Of a stretch of 64,000 nucleotides of DNA, positions 1-12,230 are shown in pieces. Source of the stretch: Lama glama (Eukaryota); the NCBI GenBank assembly GCA_028534125.1, contig CM052817.1:42348001-42412000 (forward strand), written 5' to 3'. Position numbers and translations under genes: made by a program. A model generated the notes under the pieces. It saw only the letters and a program-made list of their open reading frames with translations, was not told where the DNA came from and ran no database searches. Numbering within the stretch: position 1 is the first letter of the stretch; every line of letters starts with the position of its first letter.

Positions 1-504
1 CTGGAAAGCTGGAGAATCTTCCACTTTGGAACTTGTTTCTGTTGTTATTCTGTTGTGGCCTGAAGAGCGCTAGCCCCCAGGGCACAGGGCAAGCCTCATC
101 TGTTTAGCCTCCTTATTAAGGGAAGGGCGTTCCAGCTTTAGTCTCTCTGGGAAGGGTGGGGATGTTAATGTATTATGCTCTTACTTGTTAATTTTAGGTA
201 CATGCAGAAGTACATGCAGTGGTTGAACAGTAGCTCTAAGATCAAAGTCAAAATGAGACAAGTTAAAATTAATAAGTTCAAGACATCAGTCCAAAAGATT
301 TACAGCTTTTTTAGAGATATACAGAAAAATAAAGAAAGATGAACTTTGCACAGACCCAGATAAATATTTGAATAAGCACTTTCTTCTTGATACCCACTTA
401 CATTTCCTTTAAAGACCCTTTTACATCTACCTGTTTCCCTGACTTGCTGCCCCTTTATGCATCATCTCAATACTCACAGCTGCTGTATTTCTGCTAAGAG
501 CTCA

Positions 505-730
505 ATTTATTGGGCTAAGAACCCAATACTAACTGATTGTCTGTATGATATCATTAAATCTATATTTAATATATTAAATCTATAAACCTATGAGGTGTGC
601 TATTATTCTTCCTTATTTACAGATGAAAAAAACGAAGGCACAGAGGAGATAAGAAACTGGCTCCAAATTACACAGCCTCTAAGAGTGGAGATTTTAACTC
701 AGACAACCTAATAGAGATGGGATTTTTAAC
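505..730 (-). mobile_element. MIR SINE fragment
   Basis: Antisense MIR core: aaacctatgaggtg...tttacagatgaaaaaaacgaaggcacagagg. Confidence 0.75.
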
Positions 731-799
731 CATCAAGCTAATCTATCATCTCCTCCTTGCCCCTTGATCTTTTCTCCCTCTTCCTCTAGTAATAACTTT

Positions 800-990
800 G
801 TGCTTTTACATACACTATTTAATTTAATCTTTGCAATGACTTTGAGATGTAGGACTTAAAAATCTTTACAGATTAAAAAAAAAAAAAACCCAAAACACTA
901 AGTTTTGAAAGGTTGATAAAGTTTGCATGGCTAGGAAGTGTTGATGATAGCTGAGTTTGAACACTTATCTACCTTCAGAGCTGTGAGTCT
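800..990 (-). mobile_element. MIR SINE fragment (diverged)
   Basis: tttaatctttgcaatgactttgagatgtagg...tttacagat...agctgagtttgaacac resembles antisense MIR. Confidence 0.55.
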
Positions 991-1849
991 TTCTATCTAA
1001 GAGACACACTTTTAAATTAGAATTTCTCCCCAGGCCCATTTGTGTTTAGATAAGTTGCTAGTTCACAAACTGTGACGTTTCAGGCACCTGCGGAAGTTAT
1101 TTGGGAAGATGGTGTGGGGTGAAGGCTCCGTAAGTGACACCATGTAGTGGCTACGTGTCCCCTTTCTTGTCAGGCTGGTGCCGAGTGCGTGGAAGTGAAG
1201 CAATGGGGACTGGGGGGCCACCTCCGTCTCTCCCAAATGCACTGCTGGGTAGTCAGTGTCCACTTGGCTTCTGGTGTTACTGTCTAACCTTGGCATTTGA
1301 CCTTTGACCGCCAGTCACTTCATAACATTAGCACTCAGTCTGTTTAGAATCCTCTAAATCTGACTCTTCCTTCCGTCTGATCTGGACAGTTCAAACAAGG
1401 TGGCTTGTTAACTACAGTGTGATCAGGCTTCAGGAAGTGCTAGAGAAAAGATTTTCAACATATCTTTGGAATCCATCTCAGTATATGGTTGACCTAATTC
1501 GATTTTACTTAAGGTAATTTTAAAATAGTTCGCATTCTTTGGACAACATTACATGAAATGAACCCAGTAGTGAGTTGGAGGTCAAGAGAGAACCAGGCAG
1601 TGTGGAAATTACTGAAACAGGGTGGCATTCGCACATAGTGTTTAAATATTTTTCAAAAGCTTGGAACCTTGTTACTCTTCTAGTCAATTAATATGTTAAG
1701 TTTCTCCACATCTTATTTTCCTTATCTTTAAAGTCAAGACATTGAAATTGTTGAGTTTTAAGATCTTTTTCTATAAAATATTATACCTTCTTTATACTGT
1801 AATATGCTCTGCCTATGTATTTTTAATTTTTAAAAAATATATATGTAAA

Positions 1850-2010
1850 CTATTATTCATGTATTCATCATTCTTTCATTATTAAATTGTTTGCTCAGTT
1901 CCCAAAATTTATTGAGAACCTATACGTGCCAGGCACTGTGTTGACTTGGGTGCAGTAAAGATAAACAAGACACAGCCCCTGCCCCCAAAGAGATCTATGC
2001 CTAGAATTGG
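1850..2010 (-). mobile_element. L2 LINE 3' end
   Basis: tttattgagaacctatacgtgccaggcactgtg...aacaagacacagcccctgccc, typical antisense L2 tail. Confidence 0.8.
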
Positions 2011-3882
2011 ATAAAACGATACAGAAGGCTAATGAAATTCTCACAGTGACACACTTCCCAGAGATGACAGATGACAACTGCTTTTCCTTTCATCATAAAA
2101 ACATACAAAAGGTCCATTTACTTCATAAACCAGAAGGCACATGTCATTCTAATTGCACTTCCACCTTTTGTGCAACTTTCTCAGAACCAGTAGGGCTTTT
2201 ATTTCTTCTGCTTTTTTTTGGTACATAAATGAATAATACAGGAGACAACCAATAGCCAGTTTATACTCCCTGCTGTCCTTCCAAAGCTTCATTGCCCAAA
2301 ATAAAGGTGCTGCGGAGGTGGAGAACCCAATTTCCATTCTAAGTTTCACACAGTGGATTTCAGTCAATTACAATTTCTGTTCCTAAGATACAGTTGCTTA
2401 TGGAGGCAAGTGGCACCCACATTTTTGGGAAACAGTGATTGTGGTCTACAGGAACCATCTTCCCCTAATATCTTTTGAGACCCCAGTCAAGAGCTCCTGT
2501 TCAGTTGCTGTGGGGATGTCATAAATCTGATTCCATTTCCTTTCCCAGGCATCGACTTCTTTTTACCTGGGTTTTGACTCGTCTCAGTAACACAACAAAC
2601 ATCTTGGGGCGGTGGGGGGAACAACATGTTTGTCACTCTTTTTATCCTCACTAATGCATTGGAGCTAGGCCATCTGGCTGCCTTTTGGGTAAATCCATTT
2701 TATAACAAGATTTTTCGTGTGTGATTCAGTAATTAAACCCCTTTGGATAGAGTTCAAGATGGACCTGCCTTATGCTGAATTTTGCTTTATAGCAAACTGT
2801 TAGTCACAGGTGCCAGTGAATTTATAAATCAGGATGAGAAATCTCTTATAGATTTCAGAAAATTAGTTACCTTACCCCTCCCACCCTACCAAATTTCCTT
2901 TGAGCTTAGGTCCATTCTTCTCTAGAGGCGGAGCAGAGTGAGAATGTGCTTAGAATTGCCCTTGGTCTAACATTACTAAGATTGCTGTCTGCCATCTTTA
3001 GCCTAAATCTAACCAGCTGTGGTGGAAAAGTTGAGATTAAGACAGCAGAGTCTTAATGTTGTTTCTTCTTGTTAATGTACAGACACCATGATAGACAATT
3101 ATTCACTCACTCATTTAATAAGCATTCCTAGATATTAGGCTAGAATCTGAGAAATAACTAGAGAAACTTGTGAGCTCAGCTTCCTTATAACATGACTCAT
3201 TAGACACCTAATATTCCTTTCTTGTTGTCATCGTTACATGGGGGCTTCAAACATCAAAATGTAACTTGACATGATATCATCCTTGGAATCTTTTTGGAGA
3301 CTAACTATTTTGAGCAACGTACCTTGCCATGTCTTAAACTCAAAAAGTATAAATCAATACAAAAGTGGGATTAAAAGTCAAGTGATCAGTCATGTTTTTC
3401 TTGACATCTTGTGGGAAAATGTTCAACTTCTTGGTTAGCTGTGCTTCCAATTTCTTTTGCCACAATTCATGGAAAGTTTGAGAATTTTCTTCTGGTCACT
3501 ATTCATATGAAGATTCCTTTGCAAAACATCAACAAATTAATTGGATTCTAGCTCTTTGCTTTTCTTCTTGTTCTCTTCTTTGTACCCACTTTCTGATTGG
3601 TGAGATGAGCCATCTCTCTACAGGTCTGTGTGCTTTCTTAGTTATGATGTAGATATAATGTCATCCGTTTGTATCAGCAGCACTGAGAACTTGACAAGGA
3701 AAGCAACCCCCTGGGACAGCTAATTGGGTAACAATTCACTTTTATATCAAGCTAAATTATTTGAATCTTTTAAAGAGATAATGAGCTTGGAACCTCTTCT
3801 CAGACATAAGAATAGCTTGCCTTGGGAAGAGTAGGCTGTTTGAGTTCTGGCATTTCCCCCACTTTAACATAGATTTGCTTCC

Positions 3883-4128
3883 TTTTTTTTTTTAAATTCT
3901 TCTTTTTTTTTTATTGAAGTGTAGTCAATTTGCAATGTTTGTTTCAGGTGTATAGCAAAGTGGCTCAAACATATATACACATATACATATACACATATAT
4001 ATTCAGATTCTTTCCCATTGCAGCTCATTACAAGAAACTGAATATAGTTCCCTGTGCTGTGCAGTGGGTCCTTGTTGTTTATCTGCCTTTTATGTAGTAA
4101 TGTGTAGCTATCAATCCCAAACTCCTAT
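3883..4128 (-). mobile_element. Young L1 3' end (camelid/cetartiodactyl type), 5'-truncated
   Basis: Poly-T followed by attgaagtgtagtcaatttgcaatgtt...aatatagttccctgtgct...atcccaaactcc. Confidence 0.85.
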
Positions 4129-5389
4129 TTGAAACCCTATGAATGGGTACTGTGGTCTAACCTTCTTGAGCAGAGACAGAATGTTCCTGAGAATTGCTGG
4201 AAATTCACCAGATGGTAAAAGACTTCAGAAAACAAGTTGACTTTGACCTCTTTGTGGCTTCTGTGTTGGCCGACATAAATTGCACTCCCATGAATGGATG
4301 GCTGATGTTTGTAATAGAGAGGACTGCGCTATATGGCTTAGGCCTCTGCAAGGCCTAAAAAGGGTACTTAATGGATTTGAGGCCCTAGACCCATTGTTAG
4401 GATTATATTTGGGGTCGCATTTAGGAAAAGTTTTCATCTTGCTCTCCCTGAGGTTCTTAAAATCTGTTTATACAATTGCAATTCACTTTGAAACCTCCTG
4501 AAAATAAACTTATTGAGAGATTTTTAAGGCATTTTTTGTTCTGGTTGGGTCACCTACTCTAAGAGAAAATGATCTAAGTAGAAGCCAAGATGCGCTGCCA
4601 TCTAGACACGTTCACAAAGAGGCAAATTACTGCAGGTGCAGAAACCTCTCAAGAGCTCACTGAGTTTAGAAAAAAATTAAAAATAGTTCATTGCAATATT
4701 GTGAAATGTATTTTTGTCACGCATTCTTGTGAGTACTATGGCATGATCATTTCAAAGAATTATCAAACTGATCTTGTAATCACAGGATTTTTGTGCAGCA
4801 GTGGCTTTTGGACTTCTGGGTTTTATTCTTCCTGGCCACTGTGGAATGCTGTGGGTATAGTGATAACTACATGAATTTTGAAAGGGATAGTAAAGTTTAT
4901 TGATGTGTTTTACAATTTGCTAGTTGGAATCCTTCCTTATTACTGTGAGGGTAAACTCCCAAGATTCTCCTACTGAGAGTAAAATCTTTGACTCGTGCTT
5001 CCTCTGGTTGGTGTAAGACAGTATTTGCGGATGACAGCACCTAGTGTTAATGACCTGGATTTACATCTGTGATTCTGAGCTGATGGAGACTAAGGAGAAC
5101 AAAGGTAAGAGGCACAGTGAATATTTGAAATTGCAAGCAGAAAATGAGCATCAGGAGGATTGCCCCTGCTGGTCAAATTAGTGACCAAAGCAATGCAGTG
5201 TGTCACTCTGTAAACAAATTACCTGTTTTTTTCAGAAGTCAAATCAATGGTTAAGTAGGAGAATGACAGGTGGGGTTCCAGGTAAAGGGCCAAACAAGAC
5301 TCTTTCTCTCTCTAACAGAGTTGGCAGAAATTATGCCATTGGTGGAAAAGCCCCTATTGCATAAAGAGGTTAGAAGTCTTTGATGGTAA

Positions 5390-7050
5390 ATAGATTTTTA
5401 GTTTTTATATTCCTTCTAATATATTAAGCTATCCATCTTAATTTTATTTGAATTAAACTATGTACAGAGATTTTAATTAAAACGAAACTGTTCACCTTTC
5501 ACAGCCATTCTCCATTCTTGAGTTCCACTTCCCAATATGAATAGCTGTTTCTGATATTTCTCTCCATTTGTCTAAATAATAATTGTACACACATGTATAT
5601 GTATGACTGAAACAGTATGGTGTACACCAGACATTGACACAACATTGTAAACTGACTATACGTCAATAAAATAGATACATAAATAAAATAAATAGCAATT
5701 GTAACTGTAATAGTAATTGTTACTACTTAATTAAAAATTTTTAGAGATTATTACTTGATTTCTTACTATAGACAGACAGCATTCAGCCCCCCTCACCCTA
5801 TCAGGCACCCAGACTACAGGCGTACACGTTTCCTTCTATCATTTCTAACGAGTTGTTTTATCACTTTCATTTAGGTCAATGTTCAGTCACTTACATTGCT
5901 ATTACCACATAGATATGTTTACTGCTGAGCCCTTGATAAAATAAAGTGGTTGTCCATTCATGTGGAATTTTCATTGCTTCTAGAGTTAATAATTGTCTTT
6001 TTAAATTTATTTACTTGCAAATTATTAATTCATAGAAATTGTGAAAGAACTGGCCAAACTATCAAATAAACTATCAGTTCAATTATTTTTTTTCTTTGAG
6101 TCTTCCATATGTCTCCTGGAGCTTTCAATTTTCTTGTTCCAATCTTGACTGCCAACCACTAGACCTTCTGGGATTTCTTTACAGCCTTCTTGTCCTTTTC
6201 TGTCTTAGATCCCACATTGCTGCCCCTTTCATATTCTCTGCATTACTAAATTACTCCTATTCTGTTGGAGTGCATCCTTTGTAGCTTTCTCAGAAAAGCT
6301 GCCTGCGAAATTGATGTTTTGAAGCATTGCATATCTGAAAATATCTCTATACCATTTTTTTTTCAAACATTGATACGTTGGCTTGCTATAGAATTCTAGG
6401 TTGTACATTCTTTTTTTTTTTTTTTACAACCTTCTATTTTATTTCTTAAGGCTGTTGTTGAGAAATCTGATACTGTTCTGATTGCTGATCCTTGGTATAT
6501 GATTTGTTTTTGTCTCTCTGAAAGTCTGAAAGCTTTTGCAATCTTTTCTTAATTCCATTCCCCCACCTCCAGTATTCTTGCTGAGATCTCTCAATTTGAA
6601 ATCACAAACACATGTTTCTAAGTTCTAGAAAACATGAAACTTTCTTGTATTCTACCTTCAATAATTTCCTCTGACTTTTTAAAATAATTATTTTTCTAGA
6701 ACACCTGTGAGTTGGATGTTAACCTCTAGGATTGATCCTTTTTCTTATTTTTTTTTTCCCATTTGTTTGTTTTTTGGTTCTACTTTCTGAGCCAAGTCTT
6801 CAGCCTTATTTTACATCCCTATTAGCTATTTATATTTCTTCTCTCAGATTTTTAAGTTCCAAAAACACTTTCCCATTATTTGAGCATTTTCCATTTTACT
6901 ATTATTGCATGGCTACAAACTCCATACTTACTTCTATGAGAATGTTAATTACAAAGTTTTCTTTTCATCCTTTATTTTTGGCCTCTACCTTTTATGTTAG
7001 ATTCTTTTCTCAAATGTCAGGTTTCTCTTTATATTAAAGAGATAATACAT
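5390..7050 (-). mobile_element. Ancient L1M/HAL1-type LINE fragment
   Basis: T-rich antisense ORF1-like remnants, e.g. gctatagaattctaggttg and gttgagaaatctgatactgttctgatt. Confidence 0.6.
5588..5689 (+). mobile_element. Very short young L1 3' end with A-rich tail and target-site duplication
   Basis: tgtatgactgaaacag...gacacaacattgtaaactgactatacgtcaataaa; flanks aaataataattgta (5574-5587) and aaatagcaattgta (5690-5703), 12/14 identical. Confidence 0.85.
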
Positions 7051-9627
7051 GCATCTGTTTCTGGAAGTATGAAAGATTAGATATTCTAAATATTCCTCTT
7101 AAAATAAAATTCTGGATAAAATTTATATAAAATTTTAGTTGAATTCATTTTGGATCTTCAGAAAAGAGTCTACAGAGACCAAAAACAAAATGAAGAAGAA
7201 CACCTTGAAGGTAAGACACACCCAAGCATGCCTCTAGCCTGAGAGAGTCTAAAGCAAGGGAGAGAGACTAGTGAGTTCACTAGATTGGATGGGAGGCTGG
7301 AGTAGTGATCCCAGCCTTCCCACTCTTTGGATACAGCTTTAAAAATATGTGTCATTTCTCATTGTCTTAAATTTAATTTCATTTGTGTACAAAAGATTCA
7401 TCCCAAAAATTACAGCGTTGTGTATGGATGGAGTAAAGGCTATGGAATAAGTGCAAGTGTCAGCAGAATTCTTGGTGGGTGGTGTTTCAGAGACTCTTAG
7501 TCTACTGGGAGGTAGGGAGAACTTTCTACTCCTTACCAACAGAAATAGTGTGGACTAAGAAATATTTCTGTTACTTTCCTTCCACCCAAAACTTTTCTTA
7601 GGGGTAAACTAAGTCAAATTTTCCATTTAAGTTGTAGCTTCTCTCATTTTCTAACTTGAATGTGTCAAGTTTTAATATGGATTTTGTTGTTGTTGTAAGG
7701 TAACAATCGTGAGATACTTCTTTATCTAATGTTATTTCAAATCTCTTTGCTGTTTGTTCAGCACTTTCTAAGTAACTCATCACTTTATAATTCCAATTGG
7801 GATGCCATGGCTAAATCAGGAAGCTTTTCTTTTTCCCACTGGAATCATAGATCCCTATTAAATTTCTTTTTTAATATTTTGCTTTTAAACAAATTTTAAA
7901 ATAGTTTATCTCACAAATGGGCCAAGAAAAAGATAAATTATTCCTCATCCTTTGAGGGTAAGAGTAATAATCTAATACTGAGACTCTTTACAATAGGGTC
8001 TAGCTTTAAATTATTTCAGAAACACAAGTGTTGGAAGAGAGAGAAACATATGTCTCAGCAAGCAGGTGGCTGTACAAGAAAAGAATCTCCATAATGGCTT
8101 GTCTGCATTTCTGGAAGCTTGAAATACTGCACAAGCACAGCCTTAATATAACCATAACAGACAGCAGGGTGTGACTTAATGACCAAGTAATAAATAGCAA
8201 AGAAAAAAATTAAGCTACAGGTGTTACATGGTAAAGCATGAAATGGAAGCTCTGAACCATGGAGGAGAACTTAGCCGAGTAATTTTGACACTTCGGCAGG
8301 ATCTAAAGATCTCTGGATTAAACTAAAGTCTTTTGAGGAAAATAAATATTATTTTAATCCTATGTAATCTACTATGGTAAAAATTATTTCTAATTGGCTG
8401 ATAATCATGCATTTAATAATTTACTTAATAAACCTTAACTGAGAACCTATTCTGTGTCAGGCTTTATGTGAGGCACAATAGATGCAAAGGCATCTCAAAG
8501 TTCATAGTCTAGCAGTAAAAGTGAATAGCAACTGTACAATTATACTACATGATAATGAGTTTGCTGATGAAGGAAGCAAAGGATGCTGTGTAAGAAGGGC
8601 CACCCAACCCAGCCTAGAAGACTCTCAGAAGGAGCTGATATTGAGGCCAAGTGGGACTAATTTAGAAGAAGAATAAGGCTTAGGTAGCTCCTTCTAGGGA
8701 GAGACGGAAGCACGTATGGAAGCATGAAAGACTTGAGTCAAATCAGTAATTTTGAGTTGAGTACACTGGCATAGAGGGTGCAAGGACTGGGCAGGTAAAC
8801 CTAGATAAGTGTCATTGTAGGATTTAGAAAGATCAAACTGGTGGCAGCATGACATGTAGATTAAAGGGATTACAAGTGAAGGTAGGGAGACAAAAGGCTA
8901 TTATTGTAAACCACAATGAGAACTGATAAAGTTCTGTACCAAGGTAATCACAGTTGACATGCACAGATGTCAAGATTTAAGAAATGTTCTAAAAAGCAGA
9001 GTCAACTGAAAATCATGACAAATTTGATATGGGACAGAGGAGTGAGAGGTGCTGGGTCAAAGATGACGTTCAGGTCTCTGATTTGAACAAAGGGTATGAG
9101 TCCTGCCACTCACTTAGATGGGGAAGTAGTGGGGTGTCTGGGAAGAGAAGCAGGTAGGGAGGGAAACTAAGGGGTTCAGTTTGAGATGGGTTCTGTTTAC
9201 GGTGTCTTTTTAGGCATCCAAGTGGAAATGCCCATGGATGGTTGTTTATGAAAGCCTGGAAGTCAGGAGGGAGATCTGGGCTTAAAGATGTGCAATTGGG
9301 CGTTACTGTACTATAATAATGGTTGACGCTGTTAGTACGAATGTATTGCCCAGAGGATTGGCCGAGGGATAAACCTAGAGAAATACTGATTCTTAAGGAG
9401 CAGATAGAGAAAGAGGACATTATAAAAGAGGCTGAAAAGCAATAGCTGATGAGGTCAGACTATAACCATGTAAGAACAGTCTCCCAGAGTCAAAGGAGTT
9501 CAAAGAAACAGCCTGCGTTACAGAGGCAATTACCACAGCACAGTCGAGCCAGTTAAGAGCTACAAAGTGGAAGAGTGATGGTATAAATTATCAATCAATA
9601 TAAAATAAATTTGAGAATGAAAAAGAT

Positions 9628-10122
9628 TATGGTAGTTGATTTTATGTATCAACTTGACTGGACCATGTGGTGCCCAGTTTTTTCATAAACATTATTTCTG
9701 GATGTGTCTATGAGGGTTTCCTAGATACAATTAGCATTTGAATCAGTAGACTGATTAAAGAAGATTGTTCTCGCCAGTGAGGGGTGTGGGCATCATCCAA
9801 TCAGTTAAAGGCCTGAATACATCAAAAGAGCCAAAGAAGGGAGAATTCACTCTCTGCCTGACTCCTTGAGCTGCAACATGGCTTTCTCCAGCTCTCAGAC
9901 TGGGACTCATATCATTGGCATTCCTGAAACCATTCTCAGGCCTTCAGATTTGGATTGAAATTTAGACCATCAGTTCTCCTGGTTCTCAGGCCTTTGGATT
10001 CGGACTGAAATGACACCACCAGCTTTCGTGGGTCTCCAGCTTACAGATGGCAGATTTTCTCAGCCTCTGTAATCATATGAGCTAAATCCTTATAATGAAT
10101 CTCTTTCTATATCTCTAGCTGC

Positions 10123-10172
<50 letters not shown>

Positions 10173-10231
10173 ATCTATCTACACAATCTGTTGGTTCTGT
10201 TTCTCTGGGAAAAAAAAACCTGACTAATACA
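9628..10231 (+). mobile_element. MLT2 (ERVL) solo LTR
   Basis: Starts tatggtagttgattttatgtatcaacttgactgg, ends ctgttggttctgtttctctgg...cctgactaataca, both MLT2 termini. Confidence 0.9.
10125..10181. repeat. (TCTA)n tetranucleotide microsatellite inside the MLT2 LTR
   Basis: Directly visible tandem tatc/tcta run. Confidence 0.95.
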
Positions 10232-11839
10232 GGAATTGTTGTTAAAAATTACAACAGGACAAGTATAAACTAGACATTTTTTGGTAAGCCGGGATGCATG
10301 GTCATCCTACATTTGGAAGAATTATTTCAATGCCATGGTAGGAGGAAGGCTGCAGAAAGCAAGAGTTAAGGAATGAGGTGAATTATAAGAAATTAAAGTA
10401 TGAGTGTACACATTTTTTTTTTTTTGCTGTAGCTTGTATTTAAAGCAGAAAGACTGAATAGGAGTTAGTGGCAGACAGAGGGTTACAGGAGAGTGTTTTG
10501 CATGGTAGAGGCTTGAACAACCTTGTCTGCAAGAGAGAAAATGTCAACAATGAGAGAGGTCAGGGAATTTATCATAAGAGAGAATAAATGATTGAACAAC
10601 TCCTGTGTGGAAGTTGGAGGGGATGACAGAATTAGCTTCAGAAAAGAGGATAGAACATCTTTTCTAGAGAAACAGGAGGAAAAAAAAATAAATAGAAAGC
10701 AAATATAGCAAATGTGTAGGTGGGTAAGTGTGAAGTTGGACAAGTTTTCACCTGATTGTATTTCTTCTGCAAAATCTGAGAGAAGGCCTTGTGCTGAGAG
10801 TGAAAGACGAAATTACAGAATAGGGAGCTTATGAAAAGCAGGTAAGGCTGGAATGGTTTTCCTGGGTAGTGAGAGAGAAGCTGATTCGAAACACACTCCA
10901 GGATTTTAGGCAATATTAAGGGCCAACTGGACATCATTAACTTAAAGTGACACAGATCTACACAGTTTTATGTTTTATTCCCCCATCCCCATCTATTTTA
11001 GGTAGCGGGGACTGTGGCATCGACCAGACTGAGGTTATGGTAGGTGGATGCAGCAGCAGGGGACAAAGGATTGAGCAACAAAGGAGTGATTCAAATGCTG
11101 GATTACTGTCCACATGGGAACTGGGGACAGGAGGAGGCCGACTGATGGGTAAGAATGGAACCATCAATAAATTTCAAGTGTAGTCAAGCATGAGAAACAA
11201 AGATGATAATAGTACAAATAAAATAGCTAGAAGAATAGGAAACTGTGTGTAGGGAGTGGACACAGAACTTCAGGCTTTCAGGGGTGTGTCAGCTCTGGGT
11301 GGTGAGTGGTGGTAAAGTCTCAGTGGTGGCCATGGTGTGTGTCTGCAGTGGGGAAGAAATTGCCTGAATCGTGTTTCCACATGGATACGGAAATCACTAG
11401 TTATCATGATGAAACTTAGAGCGGAGAGGGAAACTTTAAACCAAATACTGAAGTAGATGACTGAAGTTCGTGACAAAAATGTGGGGATGATGGAGGGGAT
11501 ATTCAGATATATTTTTACAAGGGTTTAGAGAAGCAAAAGTTTGGCATGGCCACGTGGCGTTAAAGCTACAAATGCTGCCCTTCAACCTAACTCTCAAGAG
11601 GGCTCCAGGGGGCCTGGTACCATCAGAGTCAGATTTTCACAAAGACACTGAAATCTAGGAAACATTCTGTGAAGAGGAGACTGGAAGGGTTGACAAGAGT
11701 AAGAGGACTGGTTAAGAAAAAAAGGAAAAAAGACCAGCTTGGACATAGCAATATGGAAGAAAATAGTGTAACTGAGAGGTGTGCCTGCATTTTTGAGGTG
11801 GGCAAAGATGACGAGGGGTCCATCTATCTAACCTTCTGC

Positions 11840-12020
11840 CCTGTTCTCTCCTTCATTCAAGGTGCACTTAAGAGCACCTGACATATATGTGTAGAATGTG
11901 GGACGTAAGCTCTAAGAGAGCAGGGACTTGTGATATTGTATGTTTCCTACTGTGTCTAAAACACTGTCCCTAGCGTGTAGTCAGGGTGCCACCAATATCT
12001 GTGGGAGAAAGGAATGCATG
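11840..12020 (+). mobile_element. L2 3' end
   Basis: gtaagctctaagagagcagggac...cctagcgtgtag...aatatctgtgg. Confidence 0.65.
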
Positions 12021-12039
12021 CATCCTGGAAGGTGGACAA

Positions 12040-12230
12040 TATAGAGCAATAGATAAGACCATGAGCCTGAGTTGGGATCCTGGCCGGGCAATCCTGGGTA
12101 AGTTGATTAACTTCTTTAGGTTTCAACTTCCTCATCTGTAACTTACAGGTTAGATTAGTAACTATGCTTCTGAGTCTCTGGAAGTAACTGGCACCTAGTT
12201 ATCATGCAATGAACGGCAACATTGCTGCCA
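12040..12230 (+). mobile_element. MIR fragment
   Basis: ctgggtaagttgattaacttctttaggtttcaacttcctcatctgtaa. Confidence 0.7.

Larger units (their letters stand above)
8410..11600 (-). mobile_element. Long L2 LINE remnant interrupted by an MLT2 LTR
   Basis: L2 tail at about 8430 (actgagaacctattctgtgtcagg), purine-rich antisense L2 body (aggcatccaagtggaaatg...gcctggaagtcaggagg) resuming after 10300. Confidence 0.65.

Noticed and set aside
4590..4612. Partial CTCF-like motif ctgccatctag
   Set aside because: Lacks the following TGG of the consensus; insufficient without ChIP data.
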